Below are positions 63,581 to 63,726 of a stretch of 63,726 bases of DNA, piece by piece. Source of the DNA: Candidatus Kaiserbacteria bacterium (GTDB lineage: Bacteria > Patescibacteriota > Minisyncoccia > Phycocordibacterales > UBA918). The notes under the pieces were generated by a model. That model was given only the letters and a program-made list of their open reading frames with translations. It did not search any database and had not been told where the DNA came from. How positions within the stretch are numbered: position 1 is the stretch's first letter; the number at the start of each line of letters is the position of its first letter. The DNA lies in assembly GCA_020428905.1 (NCBI GenBank), contig JAGQLY010000002.1, positions 1 through 63,726 of the forward strand, written 5' to 3'. The translations under genes were made by a program, and so were the position numbers.

Positions 63581-63726
63581 GCCAACGAGTCAAATTCTAG
63601 TGAAGTTTTACAACTCCGCTAGAACCTATTTTGAGGAAAACTGCTGAAAAGACAAGCCACGCCGCCTAGCGTGCGACAGGCGCACGCTGCGCACCGACAG
63701 AAACACCCTTTGCATTATTTTTTGAG

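Overview
This window looks like chromosomal DNA from a small-genome, monoderm-type bacterium, probably Patescibacteria/CPR. That assignment is an inference from gene content, with no rRNA here to confirm it. Most of the window is housekeeping core. It includes rpsO-NYN-pnp, comM, pcrA, rsmA, the origin cluster yidC-rnpA-rpmH | dnaA-dnaN with DnaA-box-like 9-mers, a class A PBP, tyrS, ruvB-yebC-ruvC, pilB, tsaE-polA-holA, a Mur ligase, ruvA, rpsT, a Zur-like repressor divergent from a ZIP transporter, ruvX and pilMNO. Four tRNAs are present: Lys-UUU, Arg-GCG, Ser-UGA and Arg-UCU.

Several regions are not routine:
1. A 12-kb, 11-gene type IV secretion-like operon (13745-25792) lies next to the origin. 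It has a VirB4 ATPase, PrgI/VirB3-like, TrbL/VirB6-like and VirB2-like pilin genes, but no relaxase, coupling protein or VirB11.
2. An accessory islet (about 51.9-56.1 kb) is wedged between rpsT and tRNA-Arg(GCG). It carries a three-gene operon encoding an SPFH/band-7 protein behind a near-consensus promoter. It also holds an IS3-family element whose orfB has an in-frame TAG, a truncated large serine recombinase, and an exact 30-nt copy of the tRNA 5' half.
3. A second decayed integration hotspot sits at tRNA-Arg(UCU) (62.3-63.7 kb).
4. A promoter-driven, highly structured non-coding locus lies between ruvB and pilB (36.7-37.0 kb). I could not assign it to a known RNA family.
5. An 83-aa protein that is about half Asp/Glu is encoded at the tail of the ruv operon.
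6. A GC-rich lipoprotein gene is inserted between pilB and tsaE.
7. Two paralogous LTD plus 6-Cys surface proteins are present.
8. A 991-aa surface protein carries three 99-nt metal-binding-type tandem repeats.

No CRISPR array, rRNA gene or reverse transcriptase was seen. All family calls come from reading the translations by eye, and none has been verified by search.
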